In this document: piece after piece, positions 1 through 7,927 of the stretch | Position numbering within the stretch: position 1 is the first letter of the stretch | Layout of the letters: every line of letters begins with the position of its first letter | DNA from: Pseudobdellovibrionaceae bacterium | GTDB taxonomy: Bacteria; Bdellovibrionota; Bdellovibrionia; Bdellovibrionales; Bdellovibrionaceae | Assembly (NCBI GenBank): GCA_041288045.1 | Contig: JBGGMM010000046.1 | Span: 1 to 14,519 of the forward strand | Direction of reading: 5' to 3' | DNA: 14,519 bases | The notes under the pieces: generated by a model | The model's input: only the letters and a program-made list of their open reading frames with translations | What the model was told of the DNA's origin: nothing | The model's database searches: none | Translations under genes and position numbers: made by a program

Positions 1-180
1 AACCCACATAAAGAGGATGTCATTTTGGGCAGCCCCTGCAGGCTCGGTCATAGTGGCCGTCGTTGAGGCCGAACTCTTGACAGTAAGAGATTTGCTGCGA
101 AATGCGATTGCGCCTTCTGCTGAGAGAGCGGGAAGAAGTCCTAAGAAGAGAATAATTAAAATCTGTCTCAGTATTTTCAT
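1..180 (-). CDS. 5' part of a secreted protein (runs off the left edge); signal peptide followed by a beta-rich surface/adhesin-like module
   Basis: Not in the ORF track. Manual translation from ATG at 180 gives MKILRQILIILFLGLLPALSAEGA-IAFRSKSLTVKSSASTTATMTEPAGAAQNDILFMWV, open to base 1. Sec signal with AEG-A cleavage site; AGGATGGA SD-like upstream. Confidence 0.75.
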   Translation of the reverse strand, partial: MKILRQILIILFLGLLPALSAEGAIAFRSKSLTVKSSASTTATMTEPAGAAQNDILFMWV

Positions 181-236
181 GCTTATTTCCATCCTAAAAA
201 AGTGAAAGGGCATGCGCAACAAAATTTATTTAATGG

Positions 237-740
237 TCACTTCAAGGTCCAAGCCCACTGGACCAAGGCGAGCCAGCCGCAGAGGCAGAAGAGCATGGCG
301 AGGACCACCTTCCAATTTCGGCGCATTTTTTTCCAAGAGAAATCGGGGGCGTGGAGGTCGCTGTTTTTCTTTTGTTGGTCTTTGAGTTTTTGGGCGAGGC
401 CTTGCAAGAGGAGGATTCGGTGGGGCATTTCTAATTTGTAGAATTGGATGCCGACGAGCATTTCGGTTTGGCCGAGAGCTTCGAGTCTGGTGACCAAACC
501 GAAGCAGGCCATTTGGCTTGTGGCGGGGACGTTGAATTGGATTTTGATAAATTCCCCGACAATCGGGCAGAGCTCTGTGGGTGCGGTGAAGGCGAGGCCC
601 GAGAGAGAGATGTTTTTGATTTCTGTGCCCTCTTCCCAGGGAATTTGTTGGGGACCTGCGACACGGATGAGGGTATTGTCCTGCGGTTGCAGGATATAGC
701 GGGGCGCGCGGGCATGGTATCTGGCGAGAGAGTGTGTCAT
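237..740 (-). CDS. PilZ-domain c-di-GMP receptor with C-terminal transmembrane helix
   Basis: RxxxR (RYHARAPRY) and (D/N)xSxxG (NISLSG) PilZ motifs; hydrophobic C-terminus VVLAMLFCLCGWLALVQWAW. ATG at 740 is preceded by AAGGTGAGG; an in-frame GTG at 749 is an alternative start. Confidence 0.88.
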   Translation of the reverse strand: MTHSLARYHARAPRYILQPQDNTLIRVAGPQQIPWEEGTEIKNISLSGLAFTAPTELCPIVGEFIKIQFNVPATSQMACFGLVTRLEALGQTEMLVGIQFYKLEMPHRILLLQGLAQKLKDQQKKNSDLHAPDFSWKKMRRNWKVVLAMLFCLCGWLALVQWAWTLK

Positions 741-754
741 AAGCCTCACCTTTC

Positions 755-782
755 TTATCGGCGAAAGTCTTGGGTGTCTCGA
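755..782 (-). promoter_or_regulatory. Putative sigma28 (FliA) promoter of the PilZ gene
   Basis: Minus strand TCGAG-N15-GCCGATAA; perfect FliA -10 box 14 nt upstream of the ATG. Confidence 0.7.
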
Positions 783-855
783 GAGAAATCCTCACAAAAG
801 CCTGATATCCAGACTCTGCAATTTGTATTAAAATGAGATCTTAAGGCGGGTTCCA

Positions 856-3027
856 GTGATGACCAAAAAGACTCAAACCAAATCGATGCCAAAAGTCAAA
901 AAACCCCGAAGACCGAAAATCTTGGAGCATCCGCTGTCATCGGCGACTGAATTTACCAATCGTGAAATTGGCTGGCTCAATTTCAACCGCCGGGTTTTGT
1001 TTGAAGCGGAGGACTCGCGGACTCCGCTTTTGGAGCGACTGAAATTTTTGGGAATCAGCAATTCGAATCTGGACGAATTTTTCATGAAGCGGGTGGGGGG
1101 ACTGAAGCGGCAAGTGGCTTTTGGGATTTCGCCCAAATCTTCGGATGGGAAAACTCCGATTCAACAGCTGGCGGATATTCGCGTTCAAGTTCAGCAGATG
1201 ATCAAAAGTCAGGATCATTGCTATGCCAAGCTTTTGAAGCCGGCGTTGAAGGAAAAAAGTATCCATCTTCTGAAATGGAATGATCTGAGCCAAAAAGAAA
1301 AAGAAGTGGCACAGAAATACTATATGAAAAATGTGTTCCCGGTGTTGACTCCATTGAGTGTGGATCCAGGGCATCCCTTTCCGTTTATTTCCAATCTTTC
1401 CACTTCTTTGGGAGTGACTCTCAAAGCTCCAAACAGCGAAGAAAAAATGTTTGCACGGGTCAAAGTCCCGCAGGTTCTGGCTCCCTGGGTGCGAGTGGAA
1501 GGCACGGGTCCGAACGAGTACCGCTTTGTTTCTTTGGTGGAATTGATCAAAGAGAATATGAAAGATCTTTTTCCTTCGATGCAGGTTTTAGAGGTTATGC
1601 CTTTTCGCCTGACTCGAAATGCCGATATCACTCGGGATGAAGAAGATGCCGAAGATTTGCTGGAAATGATCGAAGAAGAATTGCGACAGCGTCGTTTTGC
1701 CGAAGTGGTCAGGCTCGAGCACGGACCCAATCCGGATCCTTGGATGCTTAAATTTCTGATGGAAGAATTGGAAATTGCCGAAGACGACATTTACGAAGTG
1801 CAAGAGGAGCTGGATTACAATGGCTTGGCTTTCTTAGGGGACTTGCCGCTGCCGCAGCTTCGCTATGAGCCTTGGTCTCCGGTGGTGCCTCTGCCATTCA
1901 CCGACGAAGATCCCACTCAAATTTTCAATGTGATCCGCCATAGCGATCAGCTGGTGCATCATCCTTACGAAAGTTTTTCGGCCACTGTTGAAAAATTCAT
2001 TCGAGCGGCTGCCGAAGATCCCAAAGTGTTAGCGATTAAAATGACTTTGTACCGCACAGGCGATAACAGTCCCTTTATCAAAAGCTTGGTTCGCGCTGCT
2101 GAGATGGGAAAGCAAGTGGTCTGCCTCGTTGAACTGAAGGCTCGGTTTGATGAAGAACGAAATATCTACTGGGCCCAAGCTTTGGAAACTGCCGGTGTGC
2201 ATGTGGTGTATGGGATTGTGGGTCTGAAGACTCATGCCAAGACAGCTTTGGTGGTTCGTCAGGAGCAAGAAGGGCTTCGCTGTTATGCTCATATTGGAAC
2301 TGGAAATTACAATATTGCGACTTCGCGTTTTTACACAGACATGGGGCTTCTCACGGCTCGCGAGGAGCTGACTTCGGAATTGGTCGAGTTCTTTCATTAC
2401 TTGACGGGGCGGTCGCTGAAAAGCGAGTACAAGCACCTCTTGGTGGCTCCGGTGAATATGTTCTCAAGATTCAAGCAAATGATCGAGCGAGAAATTGAGC
2501 AGGCCAAAGCGGGGAAGCCCAGCCAGATCATCACCAAAATGAACAGCATGGAGGAAAACGACATTTCCTTAGCTCTCTACAAAGCTTCGCAAGCTGGAGT
2601 GGCCGTGGATATGTTGGTGCGGGGATTTTGCTGTCTTCGTCCCGGGGTGAAGGGGATGAGTGAAAAAGTCCGAGTGATTTCGACCATTGGCAGATTCCTG
2701 GAGCATTCGCGAATTTTTTATTTTCGCAATGGTGCCGCAGATCCGATTGACGGCGAATTTTTCATTGGCTCTGCCGATTGGATGTATCGCAATTTGCATG
2801 CTCGAGTTGAATGCATTGTTCCGATTTTAGACCGTGCATTGAGGGAAAAAATTTGGGAAATTTTGCAAGCCCACATCAAGGATCAACGCCAGACTTGGGA
2901 TATGAATTCAGATGGCAATTACGTCCAAAGAAAAGGGCAGGATGTCGGAGTCCAACAGCATCTGATGGTTTTGGCCAAGCAAAAATCTGTGACTCACGAA
3001 GAAAACTCCGACTCGTCCGGAACTTGA
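856..3027 (+). CDS. ppk1: Polyphosphate kinase 1
   Basis: 723 aa with PPK1 motifs NREIGWLNFNRRVL, SNLDEFFMKRV, PGHPFPFISN, HHPYESF, IKMTLYRT, VELKARFDEE, LKTHAK (phospho-His), GRFLEHSR, GSADWMYRNL. Exact start uncertain (856/859/886). Confidence 0.97.
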   Translation: MMTKKTQTKSMPKVKKPRRPKILEHPLSSATEFTNREIGWLNFNRRVLFEAEDSRTPLLERLKFLGISNSNLDEFFMKRVGGLKRQVAFGISPKSSDGKTPIQQLADIRVQVQQMIKSQDHCYAKLLKPALKEKSIHLLKWNDLSQKEKEVAQKYYMKNVFPVLTPLSVDPGHPFPFISNLSTSLGVTLKAPNSEEKMFARVKVPQVLAPWVRVEGTGPNEYRFVSLVELIKENMKDLFPSMQVLEVMPFRLTRNADITRDEEDAEDLLEMIEEELRQRRFAEVVRLEHGPNPDPWMLKFLMEELEIAEDDIYEVQEELDYNGLAFLGDLPLPQLRYEPWSPVVPLPFTDEDPTQIFNVIRHSDQLVHHPYESFSATVEKFIRAAAEDPKVLAIKMTLYRTGDNSPFIKSLVRAAEMGKQVVCLVELKARFDEERNIYWAQALETAGVHVVYGIVGLKTHAKTALVVRQEQEGLRCYAHIGTGNYNIATSRFYTDMGLLTAREELTSELVEFFHYLTGRSLKSEYKHLLVAPVNMFSRFKQMIEREIEQAKAGKPSQIITKMNSMEENDISLALYKASQAGVAVDMLVRGFCCLRPGVKGMSEKVRVISTIGRFLEHSRIFYFRNGAADPIDGEFFIGSADWMYRNLHARVECIVPILDRALREKIWEILQAHIKDQRQTWDMNSDGNYVQRKGQDVGVQQHLMVLAKQKSVTHEENSDSSGT

Positions 3028-3043
3028 GCTAACGGAGAGGCCC

Positions 3044-3547
3044 ATGAAATTGATTCTGTTCCGCCACGGCACTGCCATCGATCGCGAAGAAGCGATCCAG
3101 ATGAAAATGGAAGATTCGAAGCGACCACTGACGGAGAAAGGCCGCGAAAAAACAGAAAAGATGGCGAAGCTGCTGAAATCCTTCGAAGAGAATATCGATG
3201 GGATTATCACATCGCCCCTCATCCGAGCTCAGCAGACAGCAGAGATTCTCACCAAAAATCTAAAAATCGAAAAAATTCAGGAGAGCGCGGAACTTGTTCC
3301 CTCGGCTCCGCCTCAAGCCTTTGCTCAATGGCTCAAAACTCACGCTGGGAACTCGACTTGTCTGATAGCTGTGGGCCATGAACCACAATTGAGTGTTTTT
3401 GCTAGTTGGGCCCTGGGTGGGCAAGCAGAGACTTTCATCGATCTGAAAAAATCTGGAATGCTTGCGCTAGAATTTGCTTCATTCGACGAAATTACTCCTA
3501 AATCCGCCGAGCTGCTTTGGCTGCTGCAGCCGCGGCTTTTGGGTTAA
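3044..3547 (+). CDS. sixA: Phosphohistidine phosphatase SixA (histidine phosphatase superfamily)
   Basis: RHG motif (LFRHGTA), RPLTxKG, TSPLIRAQQTAE, VGHEP; 167 aa; GGAGAGG SD; 16 nt downstream of ppk1. Confidence 0.9.
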   Translation: MKLILFRHGTAIDREEAIQMKMEDSKRPLTEKGREKTEKMAKLLKSFEENIDGIITSPLIRAQQTAEILTKNLKIEKIQESAELVPSAPPQAFAQWLKTHAGNSTCLIAVGHEPQLSVFASWALGGQAETFIDLKKSGMLALEFASFDEITPKSAELLWLLQPRLLG

Positions 3548-3618
3548 ATACTGTCCTTGGAAAGCTGTCGAAGATTTTAGAATTTTTTGATGAACTGAAC
3601 GAGATCTTACCCTTGTCA

Positions 3619-4197
3619 CTATGGGCAACCAGCAAGGACCTTTTGTTTCAGTTCATCGATTTCAGTTAGGGTATAAGGCGAGTAGCAAGTGATCTGGACA
3701 CTCTGAGTGTCACCCTTCTTGATTTGGACTTGCTGGCACTCGGGATTTTTTGGAGTCACTTGTCCATTTTTCGATTCAGGGAGGAGATCCACGAAATCTT
3801 CATAGTAAGAGGCTGTGCCATTATTGCAAAGGTCATCCAATGTTCCATTTGTGAATACTAAAACACTCAGATTTTTTGCGGTTAAAGCTGACGTTCTCCA
3901 GTTTCTGGGAGCGACGTTGAGGATTCCATTTTCATTGGTTTGTCCCAGAATCTCCGCACTCTCTGATTTTGATTGGTACTTTGGCAAACCGGGGGTGCAA
4001 ATTGGTCCCGTACAATCTTTCATTGTCAGCGCTTCGAACTTCAGCATTCCAGCCAAGGTGATTCCTTGTACGGGGTGTCCATCTTGGCTTTTGAAAGACA
4101 ATTCGATTTGACCTGTGGTCATTTCGGCGGCCTGCGCGATTTGAAGGGAACACAAACAGGTGAGAGCAAAAATGCAGAAAACCTTGAAATTAGACAT
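3619..4197 (-). CDS. Secreted Cys-containing hypothetical protein
   Basis: Start reassigned to ATG 4197 (GGAGG SD, 5 nt spacer), giving signal peptide MSNFKVFCIFALTCLCSLQIAQA. Mature part has 6 Cys and a beta-rich transthyretin-like start (IELSFKSQDGHPVQGITL...GQTNENG). Confidence 0.8.
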   Translation of the reverse strand: MSNFKVFCIFALTCLCSLQIAQAAEMTTGQIELSFKSQDGHPVQGITLAGMLKFEALTMKDCTGPICTPGLPKYQSKSESAEILGQTNENGILNVAPRNWRTSALTAKNLSVLVFTNGTLDDLCNNGTASYYEDFVDLLPESKNGQVTPKNPECQQVQIKKGDTQSVQITCYSPYTLTEIDELKQKVLAGCP

Positions 4198-4351
4198 GAT
4201 TGCCTCCGAGGCCTCGATGAGAATGGCACCGAATGTATTTCGATTTGCCATTTCCTGCAACTGTCAGTTTTCTATCAGTCAATTTTTGCAATTTGACTGT
4301 TGAAAAAACACTTACTACTGGAAGCCTCTTCTACATAGATCTGCAGACTTA

Positions 4352-5293
4352 TTATTTAGGGCCCGTAGTTGAATTGGTTGGATTTCCTTGCCGCTGGACG
4401 GTTGAACTATTGGACTGTGGTAGTGTTGCCCCAACGGCACGATAGATATGAGCATGGTAAGCCTCAGGTATTTCGCCAACAGTAGTTTCCATGATTGAAA
4501 TTTGATCTGTTGGTTTCCAAGTCGGTATAGGAGGTTCTGAATTGTCACAAACTCCAGCTGGAAAGAGTCCTACAACGACTTCTTTCGAGAAAAAAGAGCC
4601 TTCCTTAGGAGTTCCTAAATTTGATCCTGTTGTAATTTTAGTCGATGGTTTTATTCCTCCGAACCAAGGAATTTCAGGACCATGGATACTTTTGGCAGAT
4701 GCATCGGATGAATAAGGTGCCCGATCTTTCAAGACAACGACATTTGGGCTAGATTTTCGCCCCGCAACTCCATCTTTATCACAATATATTTTTGCATCGT
4801 TTTTGGGGTACGTATATTCGTCAGTGAAACCCCATGTGTGCAGAAGTTCATGTATCACGACTGATGAAAATGGATCTATACCAGTCCAATTTTTTAATTT
4901 GGCACCCCAACCGGCTGTTCCTATATTTGCAACGGATCCAGCAGCGCCGCCAGTCGCAGTGTCTGAAATAACAACAACTCTGTCGGCATTTACCTTTTGA
5001 GCCAAGCGGACGGCATAGTCATCATTGCACTCAATCAACCGTTTTATGACTTTGCCTTGCTTACAACCCAACTTTGAGGCTTCGGCTCCTACGGCTTTGA
5101 ACTCGATTTGGCCGGATTTTATCAAAGAATCGAATGGAGGGATTTTCTCTATTTCTTCAATGATCGAGGCAGTTCGGCTTCTGCTTTCTTCGTCTATAAC
5201 TAAGGCTACAGTGTAGCGGGCCATACCTGAACTTGGATGGATCAACATGAAGAAGAACGCTCCTATTGTGACAATCAATAAATTAAAGCTCAT
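4352..5293 (-). CDS. Secreted zinc metallopeptidase, IgA peptidase M64-like
   Basis: VVIHELLHTWGFTDEY resembles the M64 HExxHxxxGLxDEY motif; also GGAAG, PNV, IPW, VGLFPAG and WKPT..SIM (Met-turn). Signal-like N-terminus from ATG 5293, which overlaps the upstream stop. Confidence 0.8.
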   Translation of the reverse strand: MSFNLLIVTIGAFFFMLIHPSSGMARYTVALVIDEESRSRTASIIEEIEKIPPFDSLIKSGQIEFKAVGAEASKLGCKQGKVIKRLIECNDDYAVRLAQKVNADRVVVISDTATGGAAGSVANIGTAGWGAKLKNWTGIDPFSSVVIHELLHTWGFTDEYTYPKNDAKIYCDKDGVAGRKSSPNVVVLKDRAPYSSDASAKSIHGPEIPWFGGIKPSTKITTGSNLGTPKEGSFFSKEVVVGLFPAGVCDNSEPPIPTWKPTDQISIMETTVGEIPEAYHAHIYRAVGATLPQSNSSTVQRQGNPTNSTTGPK

Positions 5294-5705
5294 GCATCCC
5301 CAAAACTCTTTTGTCAGATTTGTTGAGGAAGCGAACATACTTACCTTTGATCGTTGCCTCAGTTCTTGGAAACTTAACTATGACTTCAACTTTCTTCGGA
5401 CGAGTCACGCCTCCTTCAAATTTTTTTGTTTTTGGATCCAAGTCATCAAAATAGGCATCAAAAGCGACAAATATTTCCTTTGAAAAGGTGACTCTTTTAG
5501 AATCATCTAAAATCTGAAAAAGAGTATTTGAATTAATGGGTGGCGCCGGCTCACAATACTTTTCAGGAAAAAATTTTTTGTCCAATCTTGTGATTTTGTT
5601 ACTTGAGGTTTCTATGGCCCAAGACGTATTCCATGTTTCACCACAAATATCTTTGCCGAATGCCTGACTCTGATATACCAGAAAAATAAATAAAAATAAG
5701 CGCAT
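5283..5705 (-). CDS. Secreted hypothetical protein, probable partner of the peptidase (resembles the M64 N-terminal beta domain)
   Basis: Signal peptide MRLFLFIFLVYQSQAFG; 140 aa; overlaps the peptidase start by 11 nt. Confidence 0.78.
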   Translation of the reverse strand: MRLFLFIFLVYQSQAFGKDICGETWNTSWAIETSSNKITRLDKKFFPEKYCEPAPPINSNTLFQILDDSKRVTFSKEIFVAFDAYFDDLDPKTKKFEGGVTRPKKVEVIVKFPRTEATIKGKYVRFLNKSDKRVLGMHEL

Positions 5706-5927
5706 ATACTAGATTTTAGAACTCTCTACTTTGTTTGGTAGTCGGGTTTTTTAGAAAGGTTGGCTGAAGCGAGCACCTAAGATCTCATAGACCTTGGTCT
5801 TAGATTTTAGAAAAATGAGAATCCGTTGTCGGGACAATAGACCGGACTGAAAACTCCCCAGAATGGAAGACGGCGATTCTAGAATTTCAGAGTCGCCTGA
5901 TCCATCCAATCAATTCGTCAATTTCAA

Positions 5928-5963
5928 ATCAAGATCTGACTCCAATTGGCGTCAGATCTTGAT
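5928..5963 (-). terminator. Stem-loop just downstream of the lipoprotein gene, probable terminator or 3' stabiliser
   Basis: ATCAAGATCTGAC-N10-GTCAGATCTTGAT, perfect 13-bp arms, 7 nt after the stop codon; U-tract weak. Confidence 0.65.
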
Positions 5964-5970
5964 CTGTCAC

Positions 5971-6870
5971 TTATGCCGCGTCACCGGTCCCGTCGTCGGA
6001 ACCATCATCAGCGCCATCTCCAGTTCCGTCTCCTTCATCGCCAGTGCCATCATCAGCGCCGTCTCCAGTTCCGTCTCCGTTATCGTCAGAACCATCATCA
6101 CTTCCTGGGTCTTTCGTGAAAGGAACGGATCCTAAACTTGTGGGACGGTCTTCAGCTGAAGTCCCATCTTGTTCTTCAGTCATCATTCCAAAAAGTAAAT
6201 TTCCATTTTGATAGTTCAAAGTCTGGAAAAATTCATCGCCAGTTGAATCTGGCATATTTTTCAGACAGTCGGTGCCAGCAATATTTTTGGATTGATCGGC
6301 TTGCCAATTTGAAAATCCACAAAGTTTGGCCTCGTTGGCTGCATCTGCGGCCTCATCCGATTCCATTGTGACTCGAGATGAATTCAAGGTCATATTCACT
6401 TCATTGTTGGCTCCCGCTGTGTAGTTTGGAATTTCATAATCCATTTCCACTTCAGCTTCCAAAAGAGGTTCGCCAGCACAACTTGCATCCGCATAACCCC
6501 GAGTGACCAAAGTCATTTGCGAATCCGTGATCATCAAAGTGTTTTGTATGGCCGCAACAGTGCCATCACCTTGCTGGTCGTCACCACCACCTTGCTGGTC
6601 ATCTCCGCCACCTTGCTGGTCGTCACCACCACCTTGAGTGCCGACGTTGAAAAGGGCAGCTCCAGCGGAATCGTCATTTGCGCCATTGAGGGCGGCGAAT
6701 CCGCTGCCCGTGAATTCTCCTGCTTGGCAAGCTTGTGTCCAATTGCCAACGAGATCGGATTGAGTGCCAGTGTCAGCTCCGACTACCAAATCACTTCCGG
6801 AGTTGTCTGCATTATTTGAGCAACCCACTGTCAGAGTGATGAGAGATAAGACCATTAAGTGTTTTTTCAT
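5971..6870 (-). CDS. Acidic lipoprotein with Gly/Asp/Gln low-complexity repeats
   Basis: Start reassigned to ATG 6870 (GGAGG SD); MKKHLMVLSLITLTVG-C lipobox; globular part LVGNWTQAC...YADASC; D/G-rich tail. Confidence 0.85.
   Translation of the reverse strand: MKKHLMVLSLITLTVGCSNNADNSGSDLVVGADTGTQSDLVGNWTQACQAGEFTGSGFAALNGANDDSAGAALFNVGTQGGGDDQQGGGDDQQGGGDDQQGDGTVAAIQNTLMITDSQMTLVTRGYADASCAGEPLLEAEVEMDYEIPNYTAGANNEVNMTLNSSRVTMESDEAADAANEAKLCGFSNWQADQSKNIAGTDCLKNMPDSTGDEFFQTLNYQNGNLLFGMMTEEQDGTSAEDRPTSLGSVPFTKDPGSDDGSDDNGDGTGDGADDGTGDEGDGTGDGADDGSDDGTGDAA
5974..6103 (-). repeat. Degenerate coding repeats DDG(T/S)GDG(A/T) at the lipoprotein C-terminus
   Basis: Recurrent CCATCATCAGCGCC and CCAGTTCCGTCTCC blocks; translation SDDGSDDNGDGTGDGADDGTGDEGDGTGDGADDGSDDGTGDAA. 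Confidence 0.8.
6568..6636 (-). repeat. 3x 21-bp in-frame tandem repeat encoding GGDDQQG
   Basis: ACCTTGCTGGTCGTCACCACC at 6568 and 6610 are identical; the copy at 6589 has 3 synonymous changes. Confidence 0.9.
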
Positions 6871-7140
6871 TTCTACCTCCTGAAGGTCAAAATTTTCCAA
6901 AATGCTAGCAGGCCAAAATGATTTTAAAATTTCTTCTGCGGTGCTATTTTCATTCTCTGGCAAAACTCAGAGATCAAATTTATGTCGTGTTAAGAGAGCG
7001 ACAGAATGAAAATGTCAGTCGAAACACAATGGGCCTCAGTTCTAGTGATCGACATAACAAGCCGAGTAAGTGTCCAGGGAGAGGATTCTTTAATCTCAAC
7101 CGCTGAAGTAAAATAAATTGAGTCGCATGGAGTGCTGCTG

Positions 7141-7485
7141 ATGAAAAAATATTTTCTAATCATGACTCTGTTTAGTTTTTGCGCCTGCACAACTGTTGAA
7201 TTTGTTCGAAAGGACCTGACACCCCGAAAAGAAGGAATCCTCCGTCATAATCCTGCCTCCAGTCCCGAGCGTGAAACTGAATACCGAGAGAAAGTAAATG
7301 CCAAAGCTCGTGAATTTTGCGGAGGAGATTTTACAATCACCAGGGAGTACGAAGCTCTTGCCGAGGCTCGTACAACGGCAGGCATAGGAACCGGCGTTGG
7401 CATTGGCAGCCGAGGTTCAGTGACGATCGGTGGGATTGGCCCGAGCGAATCGACCTATCATTTCACCGAATTTATCTGCAATTGA
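7141..7485 (+). CDS. Small lipoprotein with a Gly-rich GIGTGVGIG segment
   Basis: ATG 7141 with GGAG SD; MKKYFLIMTLFSFCA-C lipobox; Cys pair (EFCGG ... EFICN). Confidence 0.82.
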   Translation: MKKYFLIMTLFSFCACTTVEFVRKDLTPRKEGILRHNPASSPERETEYREKVNAKAREFCGGDFTITREYEALAEARTTAGIGTGVGIGSRGSVTIGGIGPSESTYHFTEFICN

Positions 7486-7528
7486 AGATGGATCGATCTC
7501 AGAAGTTGAAACTTCCTAAGCATCTTGA

Positions 7529-7927
7529 TCAATGAAGAAGATCCTGAGCTCTCTCGAGGATTTCTCGGCGGCTCAGGCCCTGGCCGGTGATTTCGTCGTG
7601 AAGTCGGCGCTGTTGCTCGCGAGTCATTTGCAGGTCTCTCACAATGCTGTGAACCTGCTCATTTTCCCGGTGATGGGCATCGCTGCTCTTAAATCCATGA
7701 GGGTTTTTCGGTCCTGCCTTTTCTTTTTGCAATTGATTATAGACTCTTTGGGCTTCTTCCGCAGAGCATTCGTCTTTACAGATTTTCTGAACAGATCTGC
7801 GAAAACTTGGTCTTTGAACAATTTCAGATTGAGCGATGTCTTCGAACACACGGCACTTCTGTCCTGCCAGACCTGGAGCTGAAAACAGCAGATTTGGAAT
7901 GAGCAAAACAAAACTCACAATCCGCAT
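7529..7927 (-). CDS. Small secreted protein with a C-terminal helical domain resembling an RHS/polymorphic toxin tip
   Basis: Signal peptide MRIVSFVLLIPNLLFSAPGLA; C-terminus NEQVHSIVRDLQMTREQQRRLHDEITGQGLSRREILERAQDL; overlaps the upstream gene by 13 nt. Confidence 0.7.
   Translation of the reverse strand: MRIVSFVLLIPNLLFSAPGLAGQKCRVFEDIAQSEIVQRPSFRRSVQKICKDECSAEEAQRVYNQLQKEKAGPKNPHGFKSSDAHHRENEQVHSIVRDLQMTREQQRRLHDEITGQGLSRREILERAQDLLH

Noticed and set aside
17..836. ORFs 17-205, 202-441, 226-795, 431-715, 444-836, 448-699
   Set aside because: Shadow or alternate frames of the PilZ gene and the 1-180 gene; no motifs.
873..3222. Antisense and alternate-frame ORFs in ppk1/sixA
   Set aside because: They overlap strongly supported genes; typical shadow ORFs.
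5739..5765. CCCGACTA as a FliA -10 upstream of 5705
   Set aside because: No -35 at the proper spacing.
6568..6636. 21-bp repeats as a CRISPR array
   Set aside because: No spacers, in frame, synonymous variation only, no cas genes.
7485..7528. AAGATG...GAAGTT/AACTTC...CATCTT between convergent genes as a terminator
   Set aside because: Short interrupted stems and no U-tract; too weak to call.
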